A stretch of DNA of 64,000 nt from the human T2T-CHM13v2.0 reference genome, Homo sapiens. Shown in pieces: positions 13,501-27,500 of the stretch (position 1 is the first letter of the stretch; the number at the start of each line of letters is the position of its first letter). The stretch lies in the NCBI RefSeq assembly GCF_009914755.1, contig NC_060933.1, one strand, 5' to 3'. A program made the translations under genes and the position numbers. A model generated the notes under the pieces. The model saw only the letters and a program-made list of their open reading frames with translations, did not search any database and was not told the DNA's origin.

Positions 13501-16500
13501 ATGGAATGGAATCATCCGTAATGGAATGGAAAGGAATGGAATGGAATGGAATGGAATCAACTCGATTGCAATCGAATGGAATGGAATGGAATTAACCCGA
13601 ATAGAATGGAATGGAATGGAATGGAACGGAACGGAACGGAATGGAATGGAATGGAATGGAACGGAACGGAACGGAATGGAATGGAATGGAATGGAATGGA
13701 ATCAACGCGAGTGCAGGGGAATGGAATGGAATGGAATGCAATGGAATGGAATCTTCCGGAATGGAATGGAATGGAATGGAATGGAATGGAATGGAATCAA
13801 CGCGAGTGCAATGGAATGGAGTGGAATGGAATGGAGTGGAATGGAACAACCCGAATGGAATGGAATGTAATGGAGTGTAAGGGAATTGACTAGAATCAAT
13901 CCGAATGGAATGGAATGGAATGGAATGGAATGGAATGGAATGGAATGGAATCGATTGCAATGGAATGGAATCAACCTGAGTGCAATCGAATGGAATCGAA
14001 TGGAATGGAATGCAATGGAATGTATTCAACTTGAATGGAATGGAAAGAATGGAATCAACACGAGTGGAATGGCATGGATTGGAATGGAATGGAATGGAAT
14101 CAACCCGAGTACAGGGGAATGAAATGGAATGGAATGCAATGGAATGGAATCATCCATAATGGAATGGAAAGGAATGGAACGGAACGGAATGGAATGGAAT
14201 GGAATGGAATGGAATCAACTCGATTGCAATCGAATGGAATGGAATGGAATTAACCCTAATAGAATGGAATGGAATGGAATGGAACGGAACGGAACGGAAT
14301 GGAATGGATTGGAATGGAATGGAATGGAATGGAATGGAACGGAAAGGAATGGAATGCAATGGAATGGAATGGAATGGAATGGAATAAACCCGAGTGCAAT
14401 GGAATGGAGTGGAATGGAATGGAATGGAATGGAACAACCCGAATGGAATGGAATGTAATGGAGAGTAAGTGAGTTGAATAGAATCAATTCGAATGTAATG
14501 GAATGGAATGGAACGGAATGGAATTGAATGGAATGGAATGGAATGCAATGGAATGGAATCAACCCGAGGTCAATGGAATGGAGAGGAATTGAATGGAATG
14601 GAATGGAAACTACACGAATGGAATGGAACGTAATGGAGTGTAAGGGAATTGAATAGAATCAATCCGAATGTAATGGAATGGAATGGAACGGAATGGAATG
14701 GAATGGAATGGAATGGAATGGAATGGAATGCAATGGAATGGAATCAACCCGAGTGCAATCGAATGGAATCGAATGGAATGGAATGCAGTGGAATGGATTC
14801 AACTTGAATGGAATGGAAAGAATGGAATCAACACGAGTGGAATGGCATGGATTGGAATGGAATGGAATGGAATCAACCCGAGTACAGGGGAATGGAATGG
14901 AATGGCATGCAATGGAATGGAATCATCCGTAATGGAATGGAAAGGAATGGAATGGAATGGAATGGAATGGAATGGAATGGAATGGAATGGAATCAACTCC
15001 ATTGCAATCGAATGGAATGGAATGGAATTAACCCGAATAGAATGGAATGGAATGGAACGGAACGGAATGGAATCGAATGGAATGGAATGGAATGGAACGG
15101 AAAGGAAGGGAATGGAATGGAATAGAATGGAATGGAATGGAATCAACGCGAGTGCAGGGGAATGGAATGGAATGGAATGCAATGGAATGGAATCAAACCG
15201 AGTGCAATGGAATGGAAAGAAATGGAATGGAATGGAAACTACCCGAATGGAATGGAATGTAATGGAGTGTAAGGGAATTGAATAGAATCAATCCGAATGT
15301 AATGGAATGGAATGGAACGGAACGGAATGGAATGGAATGGAATGGAATGGAATGGAATGCAATGGAATGGAATCAACCCTAGTGCAATCGAATGGAATTG
15401 AATGGAATGGAATGCAATGGAATGGATTCAACTTGAATGGAATGGAAAGAGTGGAATCAACACGAGTGGAATGGCATGGATTGGAATGGAATGGAATGGA
15501 ATGCAATGGAATGGAATCAACCCGAGTGCAATCGAATGGAATCGAATGGAATGGAATGCAATGGAATGGATTCAACTTGAATGGAATGGAAAGAGTGGAA
15601 TCAACACGAGTGCAATGGCATGGATTGGAATGGAATGGAATGGAACCAACCCGAGTACAGGGGAATGGAATGGAATGGAATGCAATGGAATGGAATCATC
15701 CGTACTGGAATGGAAAGGAATGGAATGGAATGGAATGGAATGGAATGGTATGGAATGGAATGGAATGGACTCAACTCGATTGCAATCGAATGGAATGGAA
15801 TGCAATTAACCCGAATAGAATGGAATGGAATGGAATGGAACGGAACGGAATGGAATGGAATGGAATGGATTGGAATGGAATCAACGCGAGTGCAGGGGAA
15901 TGTAATGGAACGGAATGCAATGGAATGGAATCTTCCGGAATGGAATGGAATGGAATGGAATGGAATGGAATCAACCCGAGTGCAATGGAATAGAGTGGAA
16001 TGGAATGGAACAACCCGAATTGAGTGGAATGTAATGGAGAGTAAGGGAGTTGAATAGAATCAATCCGAATGTAATGGAATAGAATGCAACGGAATGGAAT
16101 GGAATGGAATGGAATGGAATGCAATGCAATTGAATCAACCCGAGTACAATGGAATGGAATGGAATGGAATGGAATGGAATCGAATGGAATGGAATCGTTC
16201 CGAGTGGAATAGGAGGGAATGTATTCGAGTGGAATGGAAAGGAATGGTATCAACCAGAGTGGAATGGAAGGTAATGGAATGGAATGGAAACTAATAGAAT
16301 GGAATCAACCCGAGTGGAATGGAATGGAAAGGACTGGAATGGAATGGAATGGAATGGAATGGAATCAACTCGATTGTAATGGAATGGAATGGAATGGAAT
16401 GGAATGGATTGGAATTAACCCGAATACAATGGAATGGAATGGAATGGAACGGAATGGAGTGGAATGGAATGGAATCAACCCGAGTGCAGGGGAATGGAAT

Positions 16501-19500
16501 GGAATGGAATGCAATGGAATGGAATCATCCGGAATGGAATGGAATGGAATGGAATGCAAAGCAATGGAATCAACTCGATTGCAATGGAATGGAATGGAAT
16601 GGAAAGGAATACATTGGAATCAACCCGAGTGGAATGCAATGGAAAGGACTGGAATGGAGTGGAATGGAATGGAATGGAATGGAATGGAATCAACTCGATT
16701 GGAATGGAATGGAATGGAATGGAATTAACCCGAATAGAATGGAATGGAATGGAATGGAACGGAACGGAATGGAATGGAATGGAATGGAATGGAATGGAAT
16801 GGAAGGGAATCAACCCGACTGCAGGGTAATGGAATGGAATGGAATGCAATGGAATGGATTCAACTTGAATGGAATGGAAAGAATGGAATCAACACGAGTG
16901 GAATGGCATGGATTGGAATGGAATGGAATGGAATCAACCCGAGTACAGGGGAATGGAATGGAATGGAATGCAATGGAATGGAATCATCCGTAATGGAATG
17001 GAAAGGAATGGAATGGAATGGAATAGAATGGAATGGAATCAACTCGATTGCAATCGAATGGAATGGAATGGAATTAACCCGAATAGAATGGAATGGAATG
17101 GAATGGAATGGAATGGAACGGAACGGAACGGAATGGAATGGATTGGAATGGAATAGAATGGAATGGAATGGAATGGAAAGGAATGGAATGGAATGGAATG
17201 GAATGGAATGGAATGGAATGGAATCAACGCGAGTGCAGGGGAATGGAATGGAATGGAATGCAATGGAATGGAATCTTCCGGAATGGAATGGAATGGAATG
17301 GAATGGAATGGAATGGAATAAACCCGAGTGCAATGGAATGGAGTGGAATGGAATGGAATGGAATGGAACAACCCGAATGGAATGGAATGTAATGGAGAGT
17401 AAGGGAGTTGAATAGAATCAATCCGAATGTAATGGAATGGAATGGAACGGAATGGAATTGAATGGAATGGAATGGAATGCAATGGAATGGAATCAACCCG
17501 AGTGCAATGGAATGGAGAGGAATGGAATGGAATGGAAAGGAAACTACCCGAATGGAATGGAATGTAATGGAGTGTAAGGGAATTGAATAGAATCAATCCG
17601 AATGTAATGGAATGGAATGGAACGGAATGGAATGGAATGGAATGGAATGGAATGGAATGGAATGGAATGCAATGGAATGGAATCAACCCGAGTACAATCG
17701 AATGGAATCGAATGGAATGGAATGCAATGGAATGGATTCAACTTGAATGGAATGGAAAGAATGGAATCAACACGAGTGGAATGGCATGGATTGGAATGGA
17801 ATGGAATGGAATCAACCCGAGTACAGGGGAATGGAATGGAATGGAATGCAATGGAATGGAATCATCCGTAATGGAATGGAAAGGAATGGAATGGAATGGA
17901 ATGGAATGGAATGGAATGGAATGGAATGGAATCAACTCGATTGCAATCGAATGGAATAGAATGGAATTAACCCGAATAGAATGGAATGGAATGGAATGGA
18001 ACGGAATGGAACCGAATGGAATGGAATGGAATGGAATGGAATGGTATGGAATGGAAAGGAATGGTACGGAATAGAATGGAATGGAACGAATTGTAATGGA
18101 ATGGAATTGAATGGAATGGAATGGAATGGAATGGAATCAACGCGAGTGCAGGGGAATGTAATGGAACGGAATGCAATGGAATGGAATCATCCGGAATGGA
18201 ATGGAATGGAATGGAATGGAATGGAATGGAATGGAATGGAATCAACCCGAGTGCAATGGAATAGAGTGGAATGGAATGGAATGGAATGGAACAACCCGAA
18301 TGGAGTGGAATGTAATGGAGAGTAAGGGAGTTGAATAGAATCAATCCGAATGTAATGGAATGGAATGCAACGGAATGGAATGGAATGGAATGGAATGGAA
18401 TGCAATGGAATTGAATCAACCCGAGTACAATGGAATGGAATGGAATGGAATGGAATGGAATGGAATGGAATCGTTCCGAGTGGAATAGGAGGGAATGTAT
18501 TCGAGTGGAATGGAAAGGAATGGTATCAACCAGAGTGGAATGGAAGGGAATGGAATGGAATGGAAACTAATAGAATGGAATCAACCCTAGTGGAATGGAA
18601 TGGAAAGGACTGGAATGGAATGGAATGGAATGGAATCAACTCGATTGTAATGGAATGGAATGGAATGGAAACTAATAGAATGGAATCAACCCGAGTGGAA
18701 TGGAATGGAAAGGACTGGAATGGAATGGAATGGAATGGAATCAACTCGATTGTAATGGAATGGAATGGAGTGGAATGGAATGGATTGGAATTAACCCGAA
18801 TACAATGGAATGGAATGGAACGGAATGGAGTGGAATAGAATGGAATCAACCCGAGTGCAGGGGAATGGAATGGAATGGAATGCAATGGAATGGAATCATC
18901 CGGAATGGAATGGAATGGAATGGAATGCAAAGCAATGGAATCAACTCGATTGCAATGGAATGGAATGGAATGGAAAGGAATACATTGGAATCAACCCGAG
19001 TGGAATGGAATGGAAAGGACTGGAATGGAGTGGAATGGAATGGAATGGAATGGAATGGAATCAACTCGATTGGAATGGAATGGAATGGAATGGAATTAAC
19101 CCGAATAGAATGGAATGGAATGGAATGGAACAGAACGGAATGGAATGGAATGGAATGGAATGGAATGGAATGGAATGGAATGGAATGGAATCAACCCGAC
19201 TGCAGGGTAATGGAATGGAATGGAATGCAATGGAATGGATTCAACTTGAATGGAATGGAAAGAATGGAATCAACACGAGTGGAATGGCATGGATTGGAAT
19301 GGAATGGAATGGAATCAACCCGAGTACAGGGGAATGGAATGGAATGGAATGCAATGGAATGGAATCATCTGTAATGGAATGGAAAGGAATGGAATGGAAT
19401 GGAATGGAATGGAATGGAATGGAATGGAATGGAATCAACTCGATTCCAATCGAATGGAATGGAATGGAATTAACCCGAATAGAATGGAATGGAATGGAAT

Positions 19501-22500
19501 GGAACGGAACGGAATGGAATGGAATGGAATGGAATGGAACGGAATGGAATGGAATGGAATGGAATGGAATCAACGCGAGTGCAGGGGAATGGAATGGAAT
19601 GGAATGCAATGGAATGGAATCTTCCGGAATGGAATGGAATGGAATGGAATGGAATGAAATGCAATGGATTCAACTCGATTGCAATGGAATGGAATAGAAT
19701 GTAATGGAATGGAATGGAATGGAATTAATCCGAATAGAATGGAATGGAATGGAATGGAACGGAATGCAATGGAATGGAATCATCCGGAATGGAATGGAAT
19801 GGAATGCAATCGAATGGAATCAACCCGAGTGCAATGGAATGGAGTGGAATGGAATGGAATGGAATGGAACAACCCGAATGGAATGGAATGTAATGGAGAG
19901 TAAGGGAGTTGAATAGAATCAATCCGAATGTAATGGAATGGAATGCAACGGAATGGAATGGAATGGAATGGAATGGAATGCAATGGAATGGAATCAACCC
20001 GAGTACAATGGAATGGAATGGAATGGAATGGAATGGAATGGAATGGAATGGAATGGAATGGAATGGAATCGTTCCGAGTGGAATAGGAGGGAATGTATTC
20101 GAGTGGAATGGAAAGGAATGGAATCAACCAGAGTGGAATGGAAGGGAATGGAATGGAATGGAATGGAATGGAATGGAATGGAATGGAATGGAATCAACTC
20201 GATTGCAATCGAATGGAATGGAATGGAATTAACCCGAATAGAATGGAATGGAATGGAATGGAACGGAACGGAATGGAATGGAATGGAATGGAATGGAACG
20301 GAAAGGAATGGAATGGGATGGAATGGAACGGAATGGAATGGAATGGAATCAACGCGTGTGCAGGGGAATGGAATGGAATCGAATGGAATGGAAAGGAATG
20401 GAATGGAATCAACCCGAGTGCAGGGGAACGTAATGGAATGGAATGCCATGGAATGGAATCATCCGGAATGGAATGGAATGGAATGGAATGGAATCAACCC
20501 GAGTGCAATGGAATGGAGTGGAATGGAAAGGAATGGAATGGAACAACCCGAATGGAATGGAATGTAATGGAGAGTAAGGGAGTTGAAAAGAATCAATCCG
20601 AATGTAATGGAATGGAATGGAACGGAATGGAATGGAATGGAATGGAATGGAATGGAATGGAATGGAATGGAATGGAATGCAATGGAATGGAATCAACCCG
20701 AGTACAATGGAATGGAATGGAATGGAATGGAATGGAATGGAATGGAATGCAATGGAATGGAATCTTCCGGAATGGAATGGAATGGAATGGAATGGAATGG
20801 AGTGGAATGCAATGGATTCAACTCGATTGCAATGGAATGGAATAGAATGGAATGGAATGGAATGGAAAGGAATTAAACCGAATAGAATGGAATGGAATGG
20901 AATGGAACGGAACAGAACGGAACGGAACGGAACGGAGTGGAATGGAATGGAATGGAACGGAACGGAACGGAATGGATGGAATGGAATGGAATGGAATGGA
21001 ATCAACGCGAGTGCAGGGGAATGGAATGGAATGGAATGCTATGGAATGGAATCTTCCGGAATGGAATGGAATGGAATGGAATGGAATGAAATGCAATTGA
21101 TTCAACTCGATTGCAATGGAATGGAATAGAATGGAATGGAATGGAATGGAATGGAATTGAATTAACCCGAATACAATGAAATGGAATGGAATGGAACGGA
21201 ATGGAACGGAATGGAATGGAATGTAATGGAATGGAATGGTATGGAATGGAATGGAATGGTACTGAATAGAATGGAATGGAACGAATTGTAATGGAATGGA
21301 ATTGAATGGAATGGAATGGAATGGAATGGAATCAACGCGAGTGCAGGGGAATGTAATGGAACGGAATGCAAAGGAATGGAATCATCCGGAATGGAATGGA
21401 ATGGAATGGAATGGAATGGAATCAACCCGAGTGCAATGGAATGGAGTGGAATGGAATGGAATGGAATGGAACAACCCGAATGGAATAGAATGTAATGGAG
21501 AGTAAGGGAGTTGAATAGAATCAATCCGAATGTAATGGAATGGAATGCAACGGAATGGAATGGAATGGAATGGAAAGGAATGGAATGGAATGCAATGGAA
21601 TGGAATGGAATGCAATGGAATGGAATCAACCCGAGTACAATGGAATGGAATGGAATGGAATGGAATGGAATGGAATGGAATGCAATGGAATGGAATCTTC
21701 CGGAATCGAATGGAATGGAATGGAATGGAATGCAATGGATTCAACTCGATTGCAATGGAATGGAATAGAATGGAATGGAATGGAATGGAATAGAATTAAA
21801 CCGAATAGAAAGGAATGGAATGGAATGGAACGGAACGGAACGGAACGGAACGGAACGGAGTGGAATGGAATGGAATGGAATTGTATGGAATGGAATGGAA
21901 TGGTACGGAATAGAATGGAATGGAAAGAATTGGAATGGAATGGAATCGAATGGAATGGAATGGAATGGAATGGAATCAACCCGAGTGCAGGGGAATGTAA
22001 TGGAACGGAATGCAATGGAATGGAATCATCCGGAATGGAATGGAATGGAATTGAATGGAATGGAATGGAATGGAATCAACCCGAGTGCAATGGAATGGAG
22101 TGGAATGGAATGGAATGGAATGGTACAACCCGAATGGAATGGAATGTAATGGAGAATTAGGGAGTTGAATAGAATCAATCCGAATGTAATGGAATGGAAC
22201 GGAATGGAATGGAAAGGAATGGGATGCAATGGAATGGAATGGAATGGAATGCAATGGAATGGAATCAACCCAAGTACAATGGAACGGAATGTAATGTAAT
22301 GTAATGTAATGTAATGGAATGGAATGGAATGGAATGGGATCAACCCGAGTGCAATGGAAGGGAGAGGAATGGAATGGAATGGAATGGAAACTACCCGAAT
22401 GGAATGGAATGCAATGGAGTGTAAGGGAATTGAATAGAATCAATCCGAATGGAATGGAATGGAATGGAACGGAATGTAATGGAATGGAATGGAATGGAAT

Positions 22501-24594
22501 CAACCCGAGTGCAGGGGAATGGAATGGAAAGGAATGCAATGGAATGGAATCATCCGGAATGGAATGGAATGGAATGCAATGGAATGGAATGGAATGGAAT
22601 CAAACCGAGTGCAATGGAATGGAGTGAAATGGAAGGGAATGGAATGGAAACAACCAGAATGGATTGGAATATAATGGAGTGTAAGCGAATTGAATAGAAT
22701 CAATCTGAATGTAATGAAATGGAATGGAACGGAATGGAATGGAATGGAGTGGAATGGAATGGAATGGAATGCAATTGAATGGATTCAACTTGAATGGAAT
22801 GGAAAGAATGGAATCAACACGAATGGAATGGCATGGATTGGAATGGAATGGAATGGAATCAACCCGAGTACAGGGGAATGGAATGGAATGGAATGGAATG
22901 CAATGGAATGGAATCATCCGTAATGGAATGGAAAGGAATGGAATGGAACGGAATGGAATGGAATGGAATGGAATGGAATCAACTCGATTGCAATCAAATG
23001 GAATAGAATGGAATTAACCCGAATAGAATGGAATGGAATGGAATGGAACGGAACGGAACGGAATGGAATGGAATGGAATGGAATGGAATGGAATGGAATG
23101 GAACGGAACGGAAGGGAATGGAATGGAATGGATTCAACACGAGTGCAGGGGAATGGAATGGAATGGAATGCAATGGAATGCAATCTTCCGGAATTGAATG
23201 GAATGGAATGGAATGGAATGAAATGCAATGGATTCAACTCGATTGCAATGGAATGGAATAGAATGGAATGGAATGGAATGGAATGGAATTAATCCGAATA
23301 GAATGGAATGGAATGGAATGGAACGGAATGGAACGGAATGGAATGGAATGGTATGGGATGGAATGGAATGGTACGGAATAGAATGGAATGGAACGAATTG
23401 TAATGGAATGGAATTGAATGGAATGGAATGGAATGGAATGGAATCAACGCGAGTGCAGGGGAATGTAATGGAACGGAATGCAATGGAATGGAATCATCCG
23501 GAATGGAATGGAATGGAATGGAATGGAATGGAATGGAATGGAATGGAATCACCCCGAGTGCAATGGAATGGAGAGGAATGGAATGGAATGGAATGGAACA
23601 ACCCGAATGGAGTGGAATGTAATGGAGAGTAAGGGAGTTGAATAGAATCAATCCGAATGTAATGGAATGGAATGCAACGGAATGGAATGGAATGGAATGG
23701 AATGGAATGCATTGGAATTGAATCAACCCGAGTGCAATGGAATGGAATGGAATGGAATGGAATGATACGGAATAGAATGCAATGGAACGAAATGGAATGG
23801 AATGGAATGGAATGGAATGGAATGGAATCGTTCCGAGTGGAATAGGAGGGAATGTATTCGAGTGGAATGGAAAGGAATGGTATCAACCAGAGTGGAATGG
23901 AAGGGAATGGAATGGAATGGAAACTAATAGAATGGAATCAACCCGAGTGGAATGGAATGGAAAGCACTGGAATGGAATGGAATGGAATGGAATCAACTCG
24001 ATTGTAATGAATGGAATGGAATGGAATGGAATGGAATGGAATTAACCCGAATACAATGGAATGGAATGGAATGGAACGGAATGGAGTGGAATGGAATGGA
24101 ATCAACCCGAGTGCAGGGGAATGGAATGGAATGGAATGCAATGGAATGGAATCATCCGGAATGGAATGGAATGGAATGGAATGGAATGGAATGCAAAGCA
24201 ATGGAATCAACTCGATTGCAATGGAATGGAATGGAATGGAAAGGAATACATTGGAATCAACCCGAGTGGAATGGAATGGAAAGGACTGGAATGGAGTGGA
24301 ATGGAATGGAATGGAATGGAATGGAATCAACTCTATTGGAATGGAATGGAATGGAATGGAATGGAATTAACCCGAATAGAATGGAATGGAATGGAATGGA
24401 ACGGAACGGAACGGAATGGAATGGAATGGAATGGAATGGAATGGAATGGAATGGAATCAACCCGACTGCAGGGTAATGGAATGGAATGGAATGCAATGGA
24501 ATGGATTCAACTTGAATGGAATGGAAAGAAAGGAATCAACACGAGTGGAATGGCGTGGATTGGAATGGAATGGAATGGAATCAACCCGAGTACA

Positions 24595-27500
24595 GGGGAA
24601 TGGAATGGAATGGAATGCAATGGAATGGAATCATCCGTAATGGAATGGAAAGGAATGGAATGGAATGGAATAGAATGGAATGGAATCAACTCGATTGCAA
24701 TCGAATGGAATGGAATGGAATTAACCCTAATAGAATGGAATGGAATGGAATGGAACGGAACGGAACGGAATGGAATGGATTGGAATGGATTGGAATGGAA
24801 TGGAATGGAACGGAATGGAATGGAATGGAATAGAATGGAATGGAATGGAATGGAATGGAATGGAATCAACGCGAGTGCAGGGGAATGGAATGGAATGGAA
24901 TGCAATGTAATGGAATCTTCCGGAATGGAATGGAATGGAATGGCATGGAATGGAATGGAATGGAATGGAATGGAATAAACCCGAGTGCAATGGAATGGAG
25001 TGGAATGGAATGGAAAGGAATGGAACAACCCGAATGGAATGGAATGTAATGGAGAGTAAGGGAGTTGAATAAAATCAATCCGAATGTAATGGAATGGAAT
25101 GGAACGGAATGGAATTGAATGGAATGGAATGGAATGCAATGGAATGGAATCAACCCGAGTTCAATGGAATGGAGAGGAATGGAATGGAATGGAATGGAAA
25201 CTACCCGAATGGAATGGAATGTAATGGAGTGTAAGGGAATTGAATAGAATCAATCCGAATGTAATGGAATGGATTGGAACGGAATGGAATGGAATGGAAT
25301 GGAATGGAATGCAATGGAATGGAATGGAATGGAATGCAATGGAATGGAATCAACCCGAGTGCAATCGAATGGAATCGAATGGAATGGCATGCAATGGAAT
25401 GGATTCAACTTGAATGGAATGGAAAGAATGGAATCAACACGAGTGGAATGGCATGGATTGGAATGGAATGGAATGGAATCAACCCGAGTACAGGGGAATG
25501 GAATGGAATGGAATGCAATGGAATGGAATCATCCGTAATGGAATGGAAAGGAATGGAATGGAATGGAATGGAATGGAATGGAATGGAATCAACTCGAATG
25601 CAATGGAATGGAATGGAATGGAATTAACCCGAATAGAATGGAATGGAATGGAATGGAATGGAACGGAACGGAATGGAATGGAAGGGAATGGAATGGAATG
25701 GAATGAGATGGAATGGAATGGAATCGTTCCGAGTGGAATAGGAGGGAATGTATTCGAGTGGAATGGAAAGGAATGGAATCAACCAGAGTGGAATGGAAGG
25801 GAATGGAATGGAATGGAAACTAATAGAATGGAATCAACCCGAGTGGAATGGAGTGGAAAGGACTGGAATGGAATGGAATGGAATGGAATCAACTCGATTG
25901 TAATGGAATGGAATGGAATGGAATGGAATGGAATGGAATGGAATGGAATGGAATGGAATCAACCCGAGTGCAATGGAATGGAGTGGAATGGAATGGAATG
26001 GAATGGAACAACCCGAATGGAATGGAATGTAATGGAGAGTAAGGGAGTTGAATAGAATCAATCCGAATGTAATGGAATGGAATGGAACGGAATGGAATTG
26101 AATGGAATGGAATGGAATGCAATGGAATTGAATCAACGCGAGTGCAATGGAATGGAGAGGAATGGAATGGAATGGAATGGAAACTACCCGAATGGAATGG
26201 AATGTAATGGAATGGAATGCAAAGGAATGGAATCAACCCGAGTGGAATGGCATGGAATGGAACGAAATGGAATGGAATGGAATGGAATCAACTCGAGTGG
26301 AAAGGAATGGAATGGAATGGAAAGGAATGGAATGAAATCAACTCGAGTGGAATGGAATGGAATGGAATAGATTGGAATGGATTGCAACGGAATGAAATGG
26401 AATGGAATGGAATGGAATCAATCATTCCGAGTGGATTGTAAGGGAATGTAATGGAGTGGAAAGAAGGGAATGGAATCAACCTGATTGGAATGCAAGGCAA
26501 TGGAATGGAATGGAAAGGAATGGAATGGAATCAACTCGATTGCAAAGGAATGGAATGGAATGGAATGGAATGGAATGGAATGGAATGGAATTAACCGGAA
26601 TAGAATGGAATGCAATGGAATGGAACGGAATGGAATGGAATGGAAGGTAATAGAATCAACACGAGTGCAGGGGAATGGAATGGAATGGAATGCAATGGAA
26701 TGGAATCATCCGGAATGGAATGGAATGGAATGGAATCAACTCCATTGCAATGGAATGGAATGGAATAGAATGGAATGGAATTAACCCGAATAGAATGGAA
26801 TGCAATAGAATGGAATGGAACGGAACCGAATGGAGTGGAATGGAATGGAATGGAATCAACCTGAGTGCAGGGGAATGGAATGGAATGGAATGCAATGGAA
26901 TGGAATCATCCGGAATGGAATGGAATGGAATGGAATGGAATCAAACCGAGTGCAATGGAATGGAGTGAAATGGAATGGAATGGAATGGAAACAACCAGAA
27001 TGGATTGGAATATAATGGAGTGTAAGGGAATTGAATAGAATCAATTTGAATGTAATGAAATGTAATCGAACGGAATGGAATGGAATGGAATTGAATCGAA
27101 TGGAATGGAATGGAATGGAATCAACCCGAGTGCAATGGAATGGATTCGAATGGAATGGAATGGAGTGGATTGGATTCTACCCGAATGGAATGGAAAGGAA
27201 TAGAATCAACCCGAGTGGAATGGCATGGAATGGAATGGAATGGAATGGAATGGAATGGAAAGGAATGGTTCGGAATAGAATGGATTGGAACAAAATGGAA
27301 TGGAATGGAATGGAATGGAATGGAATAGAATGGAATGGAATGGAATGGAATCAAGTCGATTGCAATGGAATAGAATGGAATGGAATGGAACGGATTGGAA
27401 TGGAATGGAATGGAATGGAATTAAATGGAATGGAATGGAATGGAATCAACCCGAGTGCAGGGGAAAGGAACGGAATGGAATGCAATGGAATGGAATCAAC

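Noticed and set aside
1700-24600. Extension of the 22.85-kb period to the left (a third full unit)
   Set aside because: Landmarks of copy A, such as the paired XhoI modules and CAACAGCAGT, are absent at the expected 3-7 kb positions.
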